A DNA stretch of 64,000 nt. Origin: Blastocladiella emersonii ATCC 22665 (taxonomy: Eukaryota > Fungi > Blastocladiomycota). Of the stretch, positions 1 to 11,500 are shown piece by piece (position 1 is the first letter of the stretch; each line of letters starts with the position of its first letter). Below the pieces are notes generated by a model. The model ran no database searches. It was not told where the DNA came from and saw only the letters and a list, made by a program, of their open reading frames with translations. The stretch spans positions 1,116,001 through 1,180,000 of the forward strand of contig JANHCV010000002.1 of NCBI GenBank assembly GCA_025594325.1, read 5' to 3'. Both the position numbers and the translations under genes were made by a program.

Positions 1-79
1 CGCGGCCGCATGGCCGAGGACGAGGCCCGCCGCTTCCTCCAGCAGCTCCTCTCCGCCGTCGAGTACTGCCACCGCCACC

Positions 80-111
<32 letters not shown>

Positions 112-1740
112 CTGCTCCTCGACGCCCGCCGCCACCTCAAGGTCGCCGACTTCGGCCTGTCCAACACGCTGCACGACGGCAACTTCCTCAACACCTCGTG
201 CGGCAGCCCCAACTACGCCGCACCCGAGGTGATCGCCGGCAAGCTGTACGCCGGGCCCGAGGTCGACGTGTGGTCGTGCGGCGTGATCCTCTACGTCATG
301 CTGGTCGGCCGCCTCCCCTTCGACGACGACTACATCCCGTCACTGTTCCAGAAGATCTCGGGCGGCGTCTTCTCGATCCCGCCCTTTGTCTCGCCCGACG
401 CGCGGTCGCTGCTCCTCGCCATGCTCGTCGTCGACCCGCTCCGCCGCATCTCCATCCCCGAGATCCGGAGGCACCCCTTCTTCGTCCGCAACCTCCCCGC
501 CTACCTCAACCCGCTCCCGCCCATCCCGACCTCGGCTGCCGCCGCGGGCATGCCCGGACTGCTCCCTGCGACGACAGTAGCCGCTGCGACTGCGAACGGC
601 AGCACTGCCAACGGCGACCAGTACCTCGACGACGACGCGGCCGCCATCGAGGAGGAGCCCCTCGACGAGGAGGTGGTCGACGAGCTCGCCGCCAAGCTCG
701 GCATCCCGCGCGACGTGGTCATTGCGCGCCTCGTCGCCAACGAGGACGAGGACGACGACGACCCGATGGACACGTCCGCGCCGGGCGAGCCACCACACCA
801 CCCGCGGCACGTGCGCCGCGGCGACCCGCTCGAGGAGACGGACCCGATCCGCGTCGCGTACGCGCTGTGCGTCGACAACCGGTTCCTGTGGAGCGGCCGA
901 CGCAGCGAAAACGCCCTGCGGGAAACGGCGTGGACCGCCGCGAGTTCCCCGCCGCCCGCGACCGGTGCCGCGACTGCCGGACCACCACCAGGAGCGGTAG
1001 CCGATACCCCGCCGGTTGTCAGCAACGTGCACGTCCTGCAACGCGGCTCACCGTCGCTCACCGGCGACCCTGTGCCCGCCCCGCAGCAACCGCCCGCGCC
1101 GCGACGCGTCGCGCGGTCCAAGTGGCACGTCGGGATCCGGTCGCGCAGCCCGCCGCTCGACGTGATGCTCGAGCTGTACAAGGCGCTGCACGCCGTCGGG
1201 CTCGCGTGGAAGCCGCTCGGCCCGTTCGCCCTGCGCGCCCGATACACGTTCCCCGTGCCCGAATCCGCGCCGCCCGGATCGCCCCAGGTCACGGTCAAGC
1301 TCGATATCCAGCTGTTCAAGGTCGACACGGCCTACTACCTCGTCGACTTCAAGCTGGTCCCCGCGCCCGCGACAACGGGGTCGGCGGGCGGATCGCCGCA
1401 CAGCAGCGCCGGCGGGATCGGGTCCGGGTCCGCGGCCTCGTCCTTCGTCCCGTCCACGCTCGGCACCACGTTCAACGGCGGCCGGTCGCTCGCGGGCAGT
1501 TTGGCCAACGGCGGAGGTACCGGGTCCAGCTTGCCGTACGGGTCGTCCCTCGGCAGTTCTATTGGTGGCGGCGGCGTCGCGTCGTCCCTCCCGGCGTCGT
1601 CGTCGGCGCGGCCCGTCGTCCGGCGCCGGTCGTCGGCCATGTTCCGCGCCCAGGCCGCCAACGACGACCGCGTCGTCAACGTGTTCGGGTTCCTCGAGGT
1701 CGCCGTCCGCGTCATCACCGAGCTCGCGTCGTCCGGGTGA
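1..1740 (+). CDS. SNF1: SNF1/AMPK catalytic alpha subunit; 5' end lies upstream of the window (partial)
   Basis: Open from base 1. Motifs HRDLKPENLLLD, DFGLSN and the activation loop FLNTSCGSPNYAAPEVIAGKLYAGPEVDVWSCGVILY. C-terminal domain SKWHVGIRSRSPPLDVMLELYKAL...KLDIQLFKVDTAYYLVDFK. Stop TGA at 1738-1740. Confidence 0.95.
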
Positions 1741-1931
1741 GGCCAGAGGGCAGATAGGCTAGAAATACATTCGATATCATCACCACACGAACCTCTTGTT
1801 GAGCCGAGTGACTCGGCGCGCTCGTGGCGGAAGGCGGTCGATGAACAACGCCGCCGCTGTGATCGGCGTCCTCTCTCGCCAACGTCGCCACCCGCTGCTA
1901 CGCATCAACACCACCGTCAACACCCTGCAAC

Positions 1932-4133
1932 ATGTCGGGCCGCGCGATGCGCCGCCTCCTGCGCGAAAAGGAGGAGCAGAAGAAGAAGCTGGAGCAGGAG
2001 CAGGCGCCACCCGCCGCCGCGGCCTCGGACGAGGAGGAGGAGGCCGAGTCGAGCGAGGACGAGGCGCCTGTCCGCGCCAAGCCTTTCAACCCGTTCGCGC
2101 TGCTCATGGGCGACGATGATGATGAAGAGGAGGAGGAGAGCGAGCAGGAAGAGGAGGAGGAGGCCGAGCCTGAGTCCGCGCCCGTCGTCGCTGCCGCCAA
2201 GAAGCAGCCCGCACCCCCCGCGGCTCCCGCCAGCGACGCCGAGTCCGCCTCCGAAGCGGAGGAGGAGGAGGAGGAGGAGATCCAGCGGCCCGTGCGCAAG
2301 GGCAAGAAGAACAAGAAGAAAAACAAGAAGGCTGCCGCCGCTAAGGGCAAGGGCAAGGCGGCGACGACCGCCAACGTCGACGACCTGACGCTCGAGGAGC
2401 TTGACGCCGTGCTCGCGCCCGTGCGCGCCGAGACGGGTGGGACGCCCGAGCCCGACGCCGCCGCCGCCACCGAGATCGACGCGGCGGCCGCGGCGCGCGA
2501 CGAGCTGCTCGCCATCGACGCCAAGAACATGGACCCCGACAACGAGATGGCGCGGCTGTTCGGCGCCGACGTTGTCCAGCGCGAGCGCCGCCAGCAGCAG
2601 CGCGCGCAGCAGCAGCTCCTGCAGCAGCAGCTGGGCGGGCGCAACGCGCGGCGCGGCGCGGCCTCGCTACTGTCGGCGCGCAAGACGCTGCTCGCCGGCA
2701 CCCCCGACGCGACGTGGCCCCGGTTCGAGACGCTCGGGCTCGCCGTGACGCGCCAGCCGCGCGCCGATACCGGCGCCGACGTGCTCGTGTACCAGCACCC
2801 GTCGCGGTACCAGACCGTGCACATGCAGTTCCTGGCCGCCGCCGCGACGGGCGACCCGAACGCCCTCGTCGCGCTGTCGGCCGTCCACCCGTACCACGCC
2901 GAGACCATGCTGCAGCTGTCGCGCATCGCGGGCGTGACCGGGCAGCCCGATATGGCGACCGAGTTCCGCCGCCGCGCCGGGTACGCCCTCGAGCGCGCGT
3001 TCCCGCCCAGCAACCCGCTCGGCCGCCTCACGCTGCCCGTCCCCTACGCCGCGCCGACCAACCGCACCCTGTACCTCGCCCTGCTCGCGCTCCTCGACCA
3101 CCACCTCTCGCACGCCGCGGTCCGCACCGCGCTCGAGCACGCCAAGCTCATGCTCCGCCTCGACCCCACCGACGACCCGCTCGCCGTCCGCGGGTTCATT
3201 GACGCCATCGCCCTGCGCGCCCGCGAGGGCGAATGGCTCCGCAAGTGGGTCGCCGCCCAGGACCCCGCATCCGTCCCCGCGTACCCGCACTGGCTCTTCT
3301 CGCTCGCCCTCGCGCAGTGGCAGGACGGCGACGCCGAGGCCGCCGGCGAGGCCCTCGCGCGCGCCGCACGCGCGTACCCGGGCGTCGCCCAGGTCGTCTG
3401 CCCGCCGCTCTCGCTCGTCGGCGAGGGGCTCGGCGACGCGAGCGTCGTCCCGCCCGCCGTCCACCTGTACTCGCACTACGCCAAGGCCGTGTGGGCGGAC
3501 CCCGCGGTCGTCGCGTGGATCCAGTCGCTCCCCGTCGTCCGCGTCGCCGCCGCGGACCGTATGCCCGTCGACACCACGTCGGGCGCCATGGCCGTCTACC
3601 GCCACATCGTCGCGGGCGACCTCAACTCGCTCACCGGCCAGCTCCCCGCGCACGTCCGCACCCCTGCCATGATGGACGCCAGCGACCCCGTCCCGCCGAC
3701 CCCGCCCACGCTCGAGGACGGCGCGCACGTGTTCCCGCACCCGTACGCGGCCGGGTTCACGGCCGGCAACAACCCGCAGCAGCAGGCCGCCGCCGGTGGT
3801 GGGATCGCGGCGAACGCGAACCCGCTCGCCGCGTTCCTCCAGTCGATCCTGCCCTGGATGCAGGGCGTCGAGGGCGCCGCGGAGCCGGACCTCGAGCAGC
3901 TCGGCGCGTTCCGCGACCAGCTCCCGCCGCACGTCTTCGACACGCTCGGCGCCATGATCGCCAACGGCGCGCAGGGCGCTGGGCCTGCGGCGGGCCAGCA
4001 GGGCGAGGGCGACGAGGAGGGTGACGAGGACTATGACAGCGAAGAGGAGGAGGAGGAAGAGTGGGAGGACGCGCCCGAGGAGTGGGAGGATTACTCGCAC
4101 CTGCTCAACCCCGAGGAGGGGCAGGACGACTAG
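1932..4133 (+). CDS. RQC1: TCF25/Rqc1 ribosome quality control protein
   Basis: 733-aa intronless ORF. Acidic/basic N-terminus with FNPFALL, then YQTVHMQFLAAAATGDPNALVALSAVHPYHAETMLQLS and RTALEHAKLMLRLDPTDDPL, which match the TCF25 family pattern. Acidic C-terminus. Confidence 0.85.
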   Translation: MSGRAMRRLLREKEEQKKKLEQEQAPPAAAASDEEEEAESSEDEAPVRAKPFNPFALLMGDDDDEEEEESEQEEEEEAEPESAPVVAAAKKQPAPPAAPASDAESASEAEEEEEEEIQRPVRKGKKNKKKNKKAAAAKGKGKAATTANVDDLTLEELDAVLAPVRAETGGTPEPDAAAATEIDAAAAARDELLAIDAKNMDPDNEMARLFGADVVQRERRQQQRAQQQLLQQQLGGRNARRGAASLLSARKTLLAGTPDATWPRFETLGLAVTRQPRADTGADVLVYQHPSRYQTVHMQFLAAAATGDPNALVALSAVHPYHAETMLQLSRIAGVTGQPDMATEFRRRAGYALERAFPPSNPLGRLTLPVPYAAPTNRTLYLALLALLDHHLSHAAVRTALEHAKLMLRLDPTDDPLAVRGFIDAIALRAREGEWLRKWVAAQDPASVPAYPHWLFSLALAQWQDGDAEAAGEALARAARAYPGVAQVVCPPLSLVGEGLGDASVVPPAVHLYSHYAKAVWADPAVVAWIQSLPVVRVAAADRMPVDTTSGAMAVYRHIVAGDLNSLTGQLPAHVRTPAMMDASDPVPPTPPTLEDGAHVFPHPYAAGFTAGNNPQQQAAAGGGIAANANPLAAFLQSILPWMQGVEGAAEPDLEQLGAFRDQLPPHVFDTLGAMIANGAQGAGPAAGQQGEGDEEGDEDYDSEEEEEEEWEDAPEEWEDYSHLLNPEEGQDD

Positions 4134-5076
4134 GAATGGAATATATTGAACGAAGTATCTGTAGCCTTCATCTCGCGCCATCTGAACATGAGACGAGCGT
4201 TGTTGACATGGCGGTGGCGTCGCGCCAACCCCTCACGTGCACATGAACGCCGCGTCAACAGGCCGCCTTCCGGCGCCATCATAAATCAAATCATGCACAC
4301 AACTTGACGGAGGTGTACCTCAACGAGGGCTCATAATTCAACAGTGCGAGACAAATGCTCAGACTGCACGAGGCCATCGTCTTTCACGAGCGGCGCGGGG
4401 CGTCTCCCGTCGCGCGCTCCGCGCCCCGCGTCCTGACGACTTTCAAGTCACCGCGACTCATTGCACCCGAGTTTTCTCGGTCCTGCCTGGGCTGCTGTCC
4501 GCCGACACCGGCCACGGCGTTGTGGGAGCAAACCACCCGATGGCGCGTCAAGCGGCGCGCTTGCTCGAGTGGCCGCATCGGAGCGTTCCCACCGCGCCGA
4601 GAAGCAGCCCAAGACGCGTCTTCTTGTGTATCAAGCCCCCCCGGCAGGCGATCCAGCTCCAGGCGACCATGGAGACTATGGTCGCATCGAACGGTACTCA
4701 CTTTCCGCTCACAGCGGACCTCGAGGATGTCCGTTTCACTCACTCGTGCGAACATTTTCAGACCGTCGGTTCTTCACGTTTTGGCGGTGCTCCGACGGCT
4801 TTGGGAGACTCGCTGGAGCCGGATCGCGGTCCACGGACACGCGGCCCCAGTCGTGTCTGAAATCACACCGAACCCTCGCCTGCCCTTCGCATGTACCGCT
4901 GTTCGGGAGCTGCTTTATGCTGCTCGGCCTTGACCTGCGTGGAACCCTTCAAGAAGGCCAATGCGTCCGCGATCGACTGGCGCGACACGAGCGAGATGAG
5001 GATCTCACGGTGGAAGTGGGTGAAGATCAACTGAATCAAATGATGCATAACAAAAGCGGCGAGCCCAAACACTCGC

Positions 5077-6801
5077 TCAGAAACGGATGAAGTCGAGGCC
5101 CTCGTCCAGCGAGTCCTCGGCGGCGAACGCGTCCTCGCCCATGGAGAAGAGGCCGCCGAACGCGTCCTCGAGCGTGTCCTCGGCGCCCTCGAACGCGTCC
5201 CCGGCCGTCGAGAAGTCGACGAGCCCGTCCTCGAGCGCCTCCTCGCCGAGGGCAAACTCTTCGGCGGGGTCCTCGAACGCGTCCTCGAGCGAGAAGGCCT
5301 CCTCGGTCGCGGCGCCGTCCTCGGACGCCTCGAGGGCAGCGAGGTCCGCCGCCGAGAAGTCGGCGAGCGTGTCCTCGAGCGCCTCCTCGTCGAGCCCGTC
5401 CTCCTGCGCAAAGGCGGCGAGCGCGTCGTTCATGAGCTCCTCGAGCGTCGCGTCGCGCAGCGAGGTGGCCGTCTTGGTGCCCTTGCCGGGGACGCACGCC
5501 GTGGTCTCGGCCGTGTACAGCGAGGCGAGGACCGGGTAGCACTTGGCGCCGAGCTTGGCCGAGAACTCGACCTTGGTCGTCAGCGACTTGGGCGACGCGT
5601 CGATGGCCTTCTGGATGGCGGCGACCGTGTTCTTGGCGGCAGTCTGGATGGCGGGGAGCGAGGCGGCCTCGACCGTGGTGGCGGCGAGCTTCTCGTTGAC
5701 CCACGTCATGTTGTGGACGCGCCAATGGGTGAAGTTGGGGTCGCCGAGCGTGGCCTCGAAGAAGGTGGCGCCGTTGATCGAGTACTTGAGCTTGGCGTCG
5801 GAGATGGTGCAGTTGACCGAGTGGAAGCTCGAGCGGTCGGCCGTGAAGTAGGCGCGGAACATGCCCTCGGGGTTGGCGAGCCACGTCTTGGCGGCGTCGA
5901 TCTCGGTGGCGTTGGTCGTGGTGGTGGTCGTGGTGTAGGTGTGGATGCGCTCGCCCGGGTACAGCGGCCAGAACCAGGCGCTCTCGATCGAGTTGATGAA
6001 CTTGGTCACCGTGTCGGCGTACGGCTGGACCGGCTTGGACACGTCGGCCTCGGCGAGCAGCGAGGTGAGCGTGGGCAGAAGCTTGACGTACTCGGGGTAG
6101 TAGGCGAGGGCCTTGAGCTTGGGCGCCGTCGCGACCACGTTGGCGCGGAACTTCTTGAGCGTGTCGAAGCCCTTGAGCGTGTTGTTGAGGCGCAGGGTGG
6201 CGGGTGGGTACTTGCCGGCGTACGTGTCGTTGGCAAAGTACTCCTTGTCGACGCGCTTGGCGGCCCACTCGATGATGGTGGGCGCGTCGTCGATCTTGGT
6301 CCACAGCGGGATGACGGGGTTGAGCGGGTCGTACGAGGCGCGGTCGAAGAGGCCCGTGGCGAGCACGTCGATGAGCTCCTGCGCGGCGGCCGCGGCGCGG
6401 CCGGGCGGCGACACGCCGATCTTCTTGTGCAGCACGTCGGCGAGCTGGCCCGCGAAATGGCCGGCGCCGACGGGGTCGACGCCCCACCCGCGGCCGCCGC
6501 CGCTCACCTCAAAGTTGCGGCGGCAGGCAAACTGCTTGGGCACGGTGGTGGCGACGCTCGAGTCGTTGGCCCACGCGACCGTGTACTTGAAGTCCGAGTT
6601 CTCGGCGGCAAATTGCGGGAAGGCGCGCACGGGGACGTGGGTCTCGGGGCACACCCACGCCGCGTCGCGCACCAGCTCGCGGCCGTACTTGACGACCGGG
6701 TTCGTCTTGGCGGTTGCCGCGGCCGAAGCCGGCGACGCCGTGGTGGCGACCAGGGCGACCACGAGCGCCGTGAGGAGCGCGGAGCGGGCGAGGAGCGGCA
6801 T
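5077..6801 (-). CDS. Secreted orphan protein (574 aa) with signal peptide and about 110-aa hyper-acidic C-terminal quasi-repeat tail
   Basis: Intronless ORF with strong GC3 codon bias. Hydrophobic leader MPLLARSALLTALVVALVATTASPASA. N-x-S/T sequons NDS, NDT, NNT, NAT, NCT, NMT. D/E-rich tail ending DSLDEGLDFIRF. No family recognised. Confidence 0.8.
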   Translation of the reverse strand: MPLLARSALLTALVVALVATTASPASAAATAKTNPVVKYGRELVRDAAWVCPETHVPVRAFPQFAAENSDFKYTVAWANDSSVATTVPKQFACRRNFEVSGGGRGWGVDPVGAGHFAGQLADVLHKKIGVSPPGRAAAAAQELIDVLATGLFDRASYDPLNPVIPLWTKIDDAPTIIEWAAKRVDKEYFANDTYAGKYPPATLRLNNTLKGFDTLKKFRANVVATAPKLKALAYYPEYVKLLPTLTSLLAEADVSKPVQPYADTVTKFINSIESAWFWPLYPGERIHTYTTTTTTTNATEIDAAKTWLANPEGMFRAYFTADRSSFHSVNCTISDAKLKYSINGATFFEATLGDPNFTHWRVHNMTWVNEKLAATTVEAASLPAIQTAAKNTVAAIQKAIDASPKSLTTKVEFSAKLGAKCYPVLASLYTAETTACVPGKGTKTATSLRDATLEELMNDALAAFAQEDGLDEEALEDTLADFSAADLAALEASEDGAATEEAFSLEDAFEDPAEEFALGEEALEDGLVDFSTAGDAFEGAEDTLEDAFGGLFSMGEDAFAAEDSLDEGLDFIRF

Positions 6802-8565
6802 CTACGCGAGAGGGGTCGCGCGATAGGCGTGAGCGTCGGTCGGTCGGGCGGGGGTGGTGCATCATGCATGGCTGATGTCGTTGCGTACAGTCATCGGTAT
6901 CCAGCTATCGCAAGTCGCCTGCGAGAGAAGGGGTGAGCGACGCGGCCCAAGTCGACTTCGAGGTCGGCAGCGGGAACACAGCCGACGCGACGACGCGTGT
7001 ACCTCAGATGCGATCGATGCTCGCCACGTGCTGCAAGCAACCATGGGAACTCGGGAGGAGGCGGGCGCGCCGGGTTGTCTCGCACGCGGTGACGGGACGC
7101 GACGCGTCTCGCGCCCGCGGCACGTGGCGCGTCGCACGGTCGCGCGCCTTGGTGGGAGACACGGCTCCCACCACCAGTACCGCTGCAAATGAAACGCCTC
7201 CCACGAGTGCTCGCGACTCACTCACGCGTCGTGCGGGTCGCGTCGCGTCGCGCCACGCGTTTGAGACGCATCTCGCTTATTCTCTCGCAGTCCCCTCAAC
7301 GGCAGACTCGCTCTCATGTATCGCTGGACATCCATGAAGCCGTTCCTGACCCCAACTCGCCGCAACGGCACCGCGAGCGCGCCATGACCGCCGCGTCGAC
7401 GACGCTGACGTGATGCGCCCGCTTGTGGCTGCGCTCGCCGTGTGGCGGTGGCGGAGGCGTCGTGGCGGCGGCCGCCTGGGCGTTGCACCCGACCCACCGG
7501 TTGCTGCACGCGGACGTCCCCGCCCGAGCGGTTGCCGCCAAGCGCGGCCTCATCTCGGAACCGGTTCAGTGCTTGCCGCGTCGCCCGCCCCTTCTCCGCC
7601 GCCACAGACGCGCGCGCGGCCGTGATCGGATCGACGCCGACCCCCGACACCGACCCCCGACACCGACCGACGCCAGCATCCTCGCGCGCGCGCCATCCCG
7701 ACGGACGGCTGCCCCACTCACGCTCACGCACGCGCGCGCATGCGCAAGGACGTCCAGCCTCGTCACCTGGCACACGACGACCTTCGCCGTCACCATCAAC
7801 ATCGCGTGCGCGCCGCGCTCGGCCTCATGGGCCCCCTCGCCCAGTCAATTTGAGATCACGCCCGCCCGCGCCGCCGCCGCCGCCTTCCTGCTTCCGCTTC
7901 CTCTCCGTGCCGGCCCCTGTCGGTCGTGATCCCGCGCCCGCGCCCCGACGCGGCTCTCGCGCTCCTCCTGCAGCCGCCTGCAGCGGCCCGGCAAACCAAC
8001 TGCAACACCTCGCACTCGGCGCAACACGTCCGCCCGCCCGCCATCACTCGCGACCCGGCCGACCCCTGAGCCGCTCCCCTGCTCCCCGCCGACCCCCGCG
8101 GCTTCCCTCTCTGCGCCGCGCGCCTCGTCTTCGCTCTCATTTCGCGTGATCCGATCCCCCGTGGTCGGCCGCCGCCCCGCTCCTCTTTGGCCTGGCCACC
8201 GCGTGCCACCTGTGCGGCCTCTATCGTCCTGCACCGACCGCGCCCGCGGATACAAGTACACGGCGTCGCCCCTCACCTCCCCTCGCGACCGGCCCGTCCC
8301 CGCCCCCCGCACTCGCGCCCTTGTCGTACATCCTGCGCCGTCGCCCCCGTCGTCACCCCGCACGGATCGGCCTGGAGCCCCGACACGCGCCGCGCCTCTT
8401 GCGCCACTCTACATCTCCTCCCTCCCCTCTTCTCCATAGACTAGACGCTCGCTCTCGTCGCGAGTCTCTGTGCCCGGCGGCAGGCCGTTGGCGCACCTCA
8501 TTCCTCCTCCTCCCTCCCTCTGTACTCTTGTTGTAATCTACCCTCTCCCCTCCTTCACCTCGACC

Positions 8566-11500
8566 ATGGCCCTCTCGATCCGCCTCCTCTCCGTGGTCCT
8601 CGCCGTGCTCGCCCTCGCGCTCGCCTCGGCCGTTGCCGGCCAGCGGCCCAAGTGGACCCCGCCGACGCTCGACGTGCCCAACCCGACCGACCCGTTCCAG
8701 CTCATCGAGAACATGGATACGTCCCGCAACAAGTTCATTGTCCAGTTCACGCGCCCGCCCGGCGTCTCGGCCGTCGGCATGCCCAACGCCATCCGCATCC
8801 TCAACGAGGTCGACGACCAGCACGCCGCCTTCGTGGCCCACCTGTACGTTGCTCTTTCTCTAGGCCGTCGTCCATTGCGCTCGCGAACGAGCCTAACTCT
8901 CGCGCCCGGATCGCCGCAGCAAGTCGGCCAACATCTCGGCCCGCGTCCTCGCGACGTTCCGCGACCTGCTCAACGGCGCCGCTGTCGAGGCCACGACGCC
9001 GCAGGACGCGGCGCTGCTGGCCACGGCGCCGGGCGTCCGGTCCATGTTCCCGATCGCCGTGCACACGCTGCCCAAGGCCGAGACCCCGGCCAACGCGACC
9101 ACCGCCCCGCGCACCGGCTCGCTCGACCTGTCCGACACCACCGACCCGACCCGCGAGCGGCCCGCCGCCAAGAACGTCACCGACCCCGTCCAGGCCGGCC
9201 TCCAGGCCGTCCACAACCTGACCCGCCTCGCCCACGCCCGCGCCCGGTTCCCGCACCTCGACGGCCGCGGCGTCCGCATCGGCATCATCGACGGCACCGT
9301 CGACTGGCGCCACCCGGCCTTCGCCGTCAAGGGCAAGCGGTGTACTGGCCCGCCCGGCACTGACGGGTGCCGCGTCGTCTCGGCCCTCGATTTCAGCGTG
9401 GAGCCGAGCGACCAGGAGAAGGCCGCCGTGGCCAAGCGGGACGCTGATGACGGGACCAGTGCCGCCGCCGACCGTGGCGCCAGAAAGAAGTCGATGCACC
9501 ACGAGCCCGCGGTGCTCACGGACGCCATCAACCCGGAATGCGACGATGGTCACGCCACGCACGTCGCGGGGATCGCCGGCGGGTCCGACCGGTTCATCGA
9601 CGGTGTCGCGCCGCGCGTCACGATCGGTACGCTGCCTCACATACACGACTGAGACCCCGAACGAGCGAGCGACACGACTGACTCTCGCCATCATCATCCC
9701 ATAGCCTCGTACCGCGCCGTCAACTGCAAGGGCCGCTCCAACAGCGCCATGGTCCTGGCGGCGCTCGAGCGCGCGTACCGCGACGGGATGCACGTCGTGT
9801 CCATCAGTCTCGGCGGCGAGCGCGTGCACCGCGACTACCCCGAGGCGCAGGCCGTCGACCGGCTCGCCCGGTACGGCGTGCTCGTCGTGACGGGCGTTGG
9901 GTCGACCAAGGGCCAGGGCGCGTACCGCGTCACGTCGCCCGCCGTCGCTGAGCTCGGCATCGCCGTCACCTCCTTCACCAACGCCGTCGCCGTGCGCCAC
10001 ACGGCCAACGTCACGGGCGTGCCGGACCTCAAGACGCTCGTGCTCTCGTGGGGCACCCCCGGCGAGTTTCCTCCCATCGGCAACAACGCCCCCGACAACG
10101 TGCGCCGCGGCCGGCCGTTCGCCGGGCCCGTGCTCGATCCCGACGAGGAGGACGACAACGAGGCCAAGACCACGTCCATCAAGTTCAACCACACCTACAT
10201 GGTCAAGCCTGGACCCAAGGGCGACGTCACCGACGGATGCGACCCGTTTGACCCGCAGTACTTTGCCGGCGCGTGGGCTATCCTGAACCGCGGCGGGTGC
10301 GGCGTCGCGTCCAAGGTCCTCGAGGCCGAGGCCGCCATGGCCAAGGGCGTGCTCATCTTCAACACCAAGCCCAACGAGGAGCTCGCGCCGTTTGTCGTCA
10401 AGGACGCGGGCATCCCGCACGCGTTCATCGATTACGACCAGGGCATGGCGCTGTTCCGCGCCGCGCAGCGTGGTCTGGCCGCGGCTATCGCGAACCAGAC
10501 GGCTGCCTCGACCACGACGACGACGGCAACGACGACGCTCGCCCCGACAGCGACCACGGTCGTCGTCAACGGTATCACCACGGTCATCGAGCCCACGCCC
10601 GCGCCCGAGCAGGCACCGCGGCGCCCGCGGCTCAGCTCGGGCGTGTATCTGTCGTTCAACAAGCGCGCGGCGCTGATCCCGCCCAAGGCGCCGGGCCAGC
10701 CGAGCCCGATGGCGCCGTGGGGTCCGGACCTGAACCTGTTCATGCGGCCGGACCTCGCGGCCATTGGTGACTACCTGGTCGGCCCGTACCTCCTGGACCG
10801 CAGCCCGTACGCGCAGCTGTCGGGCCCAAGCCAGGCCGCCGCGTACCTCGCGGGTGTCCTCGCCCTTGACGTGCAGCGGTCCGGCGGCCAGCGCCGGCCC
10901 AACGACCTCGCGGCCGTCGTGCGCCGGCTCCAGATCACGGCGCAGCCCGCGCGCCTCGCCGTCGCCGCCGCCGAGCTGTTCATCAAGGGCAAGAAGCTCG
11001 ACGCGGCGCTGCTACCCGCCGAGTCCGTGATGCGCCAGGGCGCCGGGCTCGTCGACGTCGACGCGTTCCTCGCCAACCGCATCGACATCGCACCCTCCAA
11101 GCTCGAGCTCGGCGACGCGCCCGGCTGGCCCAACGCCGACATCAAGACGGCCACCCTGCGCGTCCGCAACTCGGGCGACCGCACCGTCACCTTCGACCTG
11201 ACCCACGAGCCCGCGCGCGCCGTCCTGCCCGAGTCCGGCAGCACCACCGCCGTCATCTCGTCGTCCACGTTCGCCCCCGACGTGTCGTTCTCGCCGCGGT
11301 CCGTCACCGTCGCGCCCGGCGCCGTCGTCGTCGTGACCGTCACGGTGAACCCGAACCAGGCCGCGCCGCGGCCGCCCGGCGCGCCCGTGTCCCCGCGGCA
11401 GCCCGGTGTGAACGAGCAGTGGCTCACGTCCGGGTACATCCGGTTCACGCCGCGCGACCCCGCACCCGACGGCTCGGCGGCGGCGCTCCACGTGCCGTAC

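Noticed and set aside
4134-5076. Several 100-200 aa ORFs in a lower-GC gap between RQC1 and the secreted gene
   Set aside because: No codon bias, motif or repeat structure I can support. It could be decayed sequence but cannot be called.
7637-7667. 13-bp direct repeat (CCGACCCCCGACA x2.4) and many CGCG/ACGCG runs in the divergent promoter
   Set aside because: Too short and common in this GC-rich intergenic DNA. No spacer structure, so not CRISPR-like.
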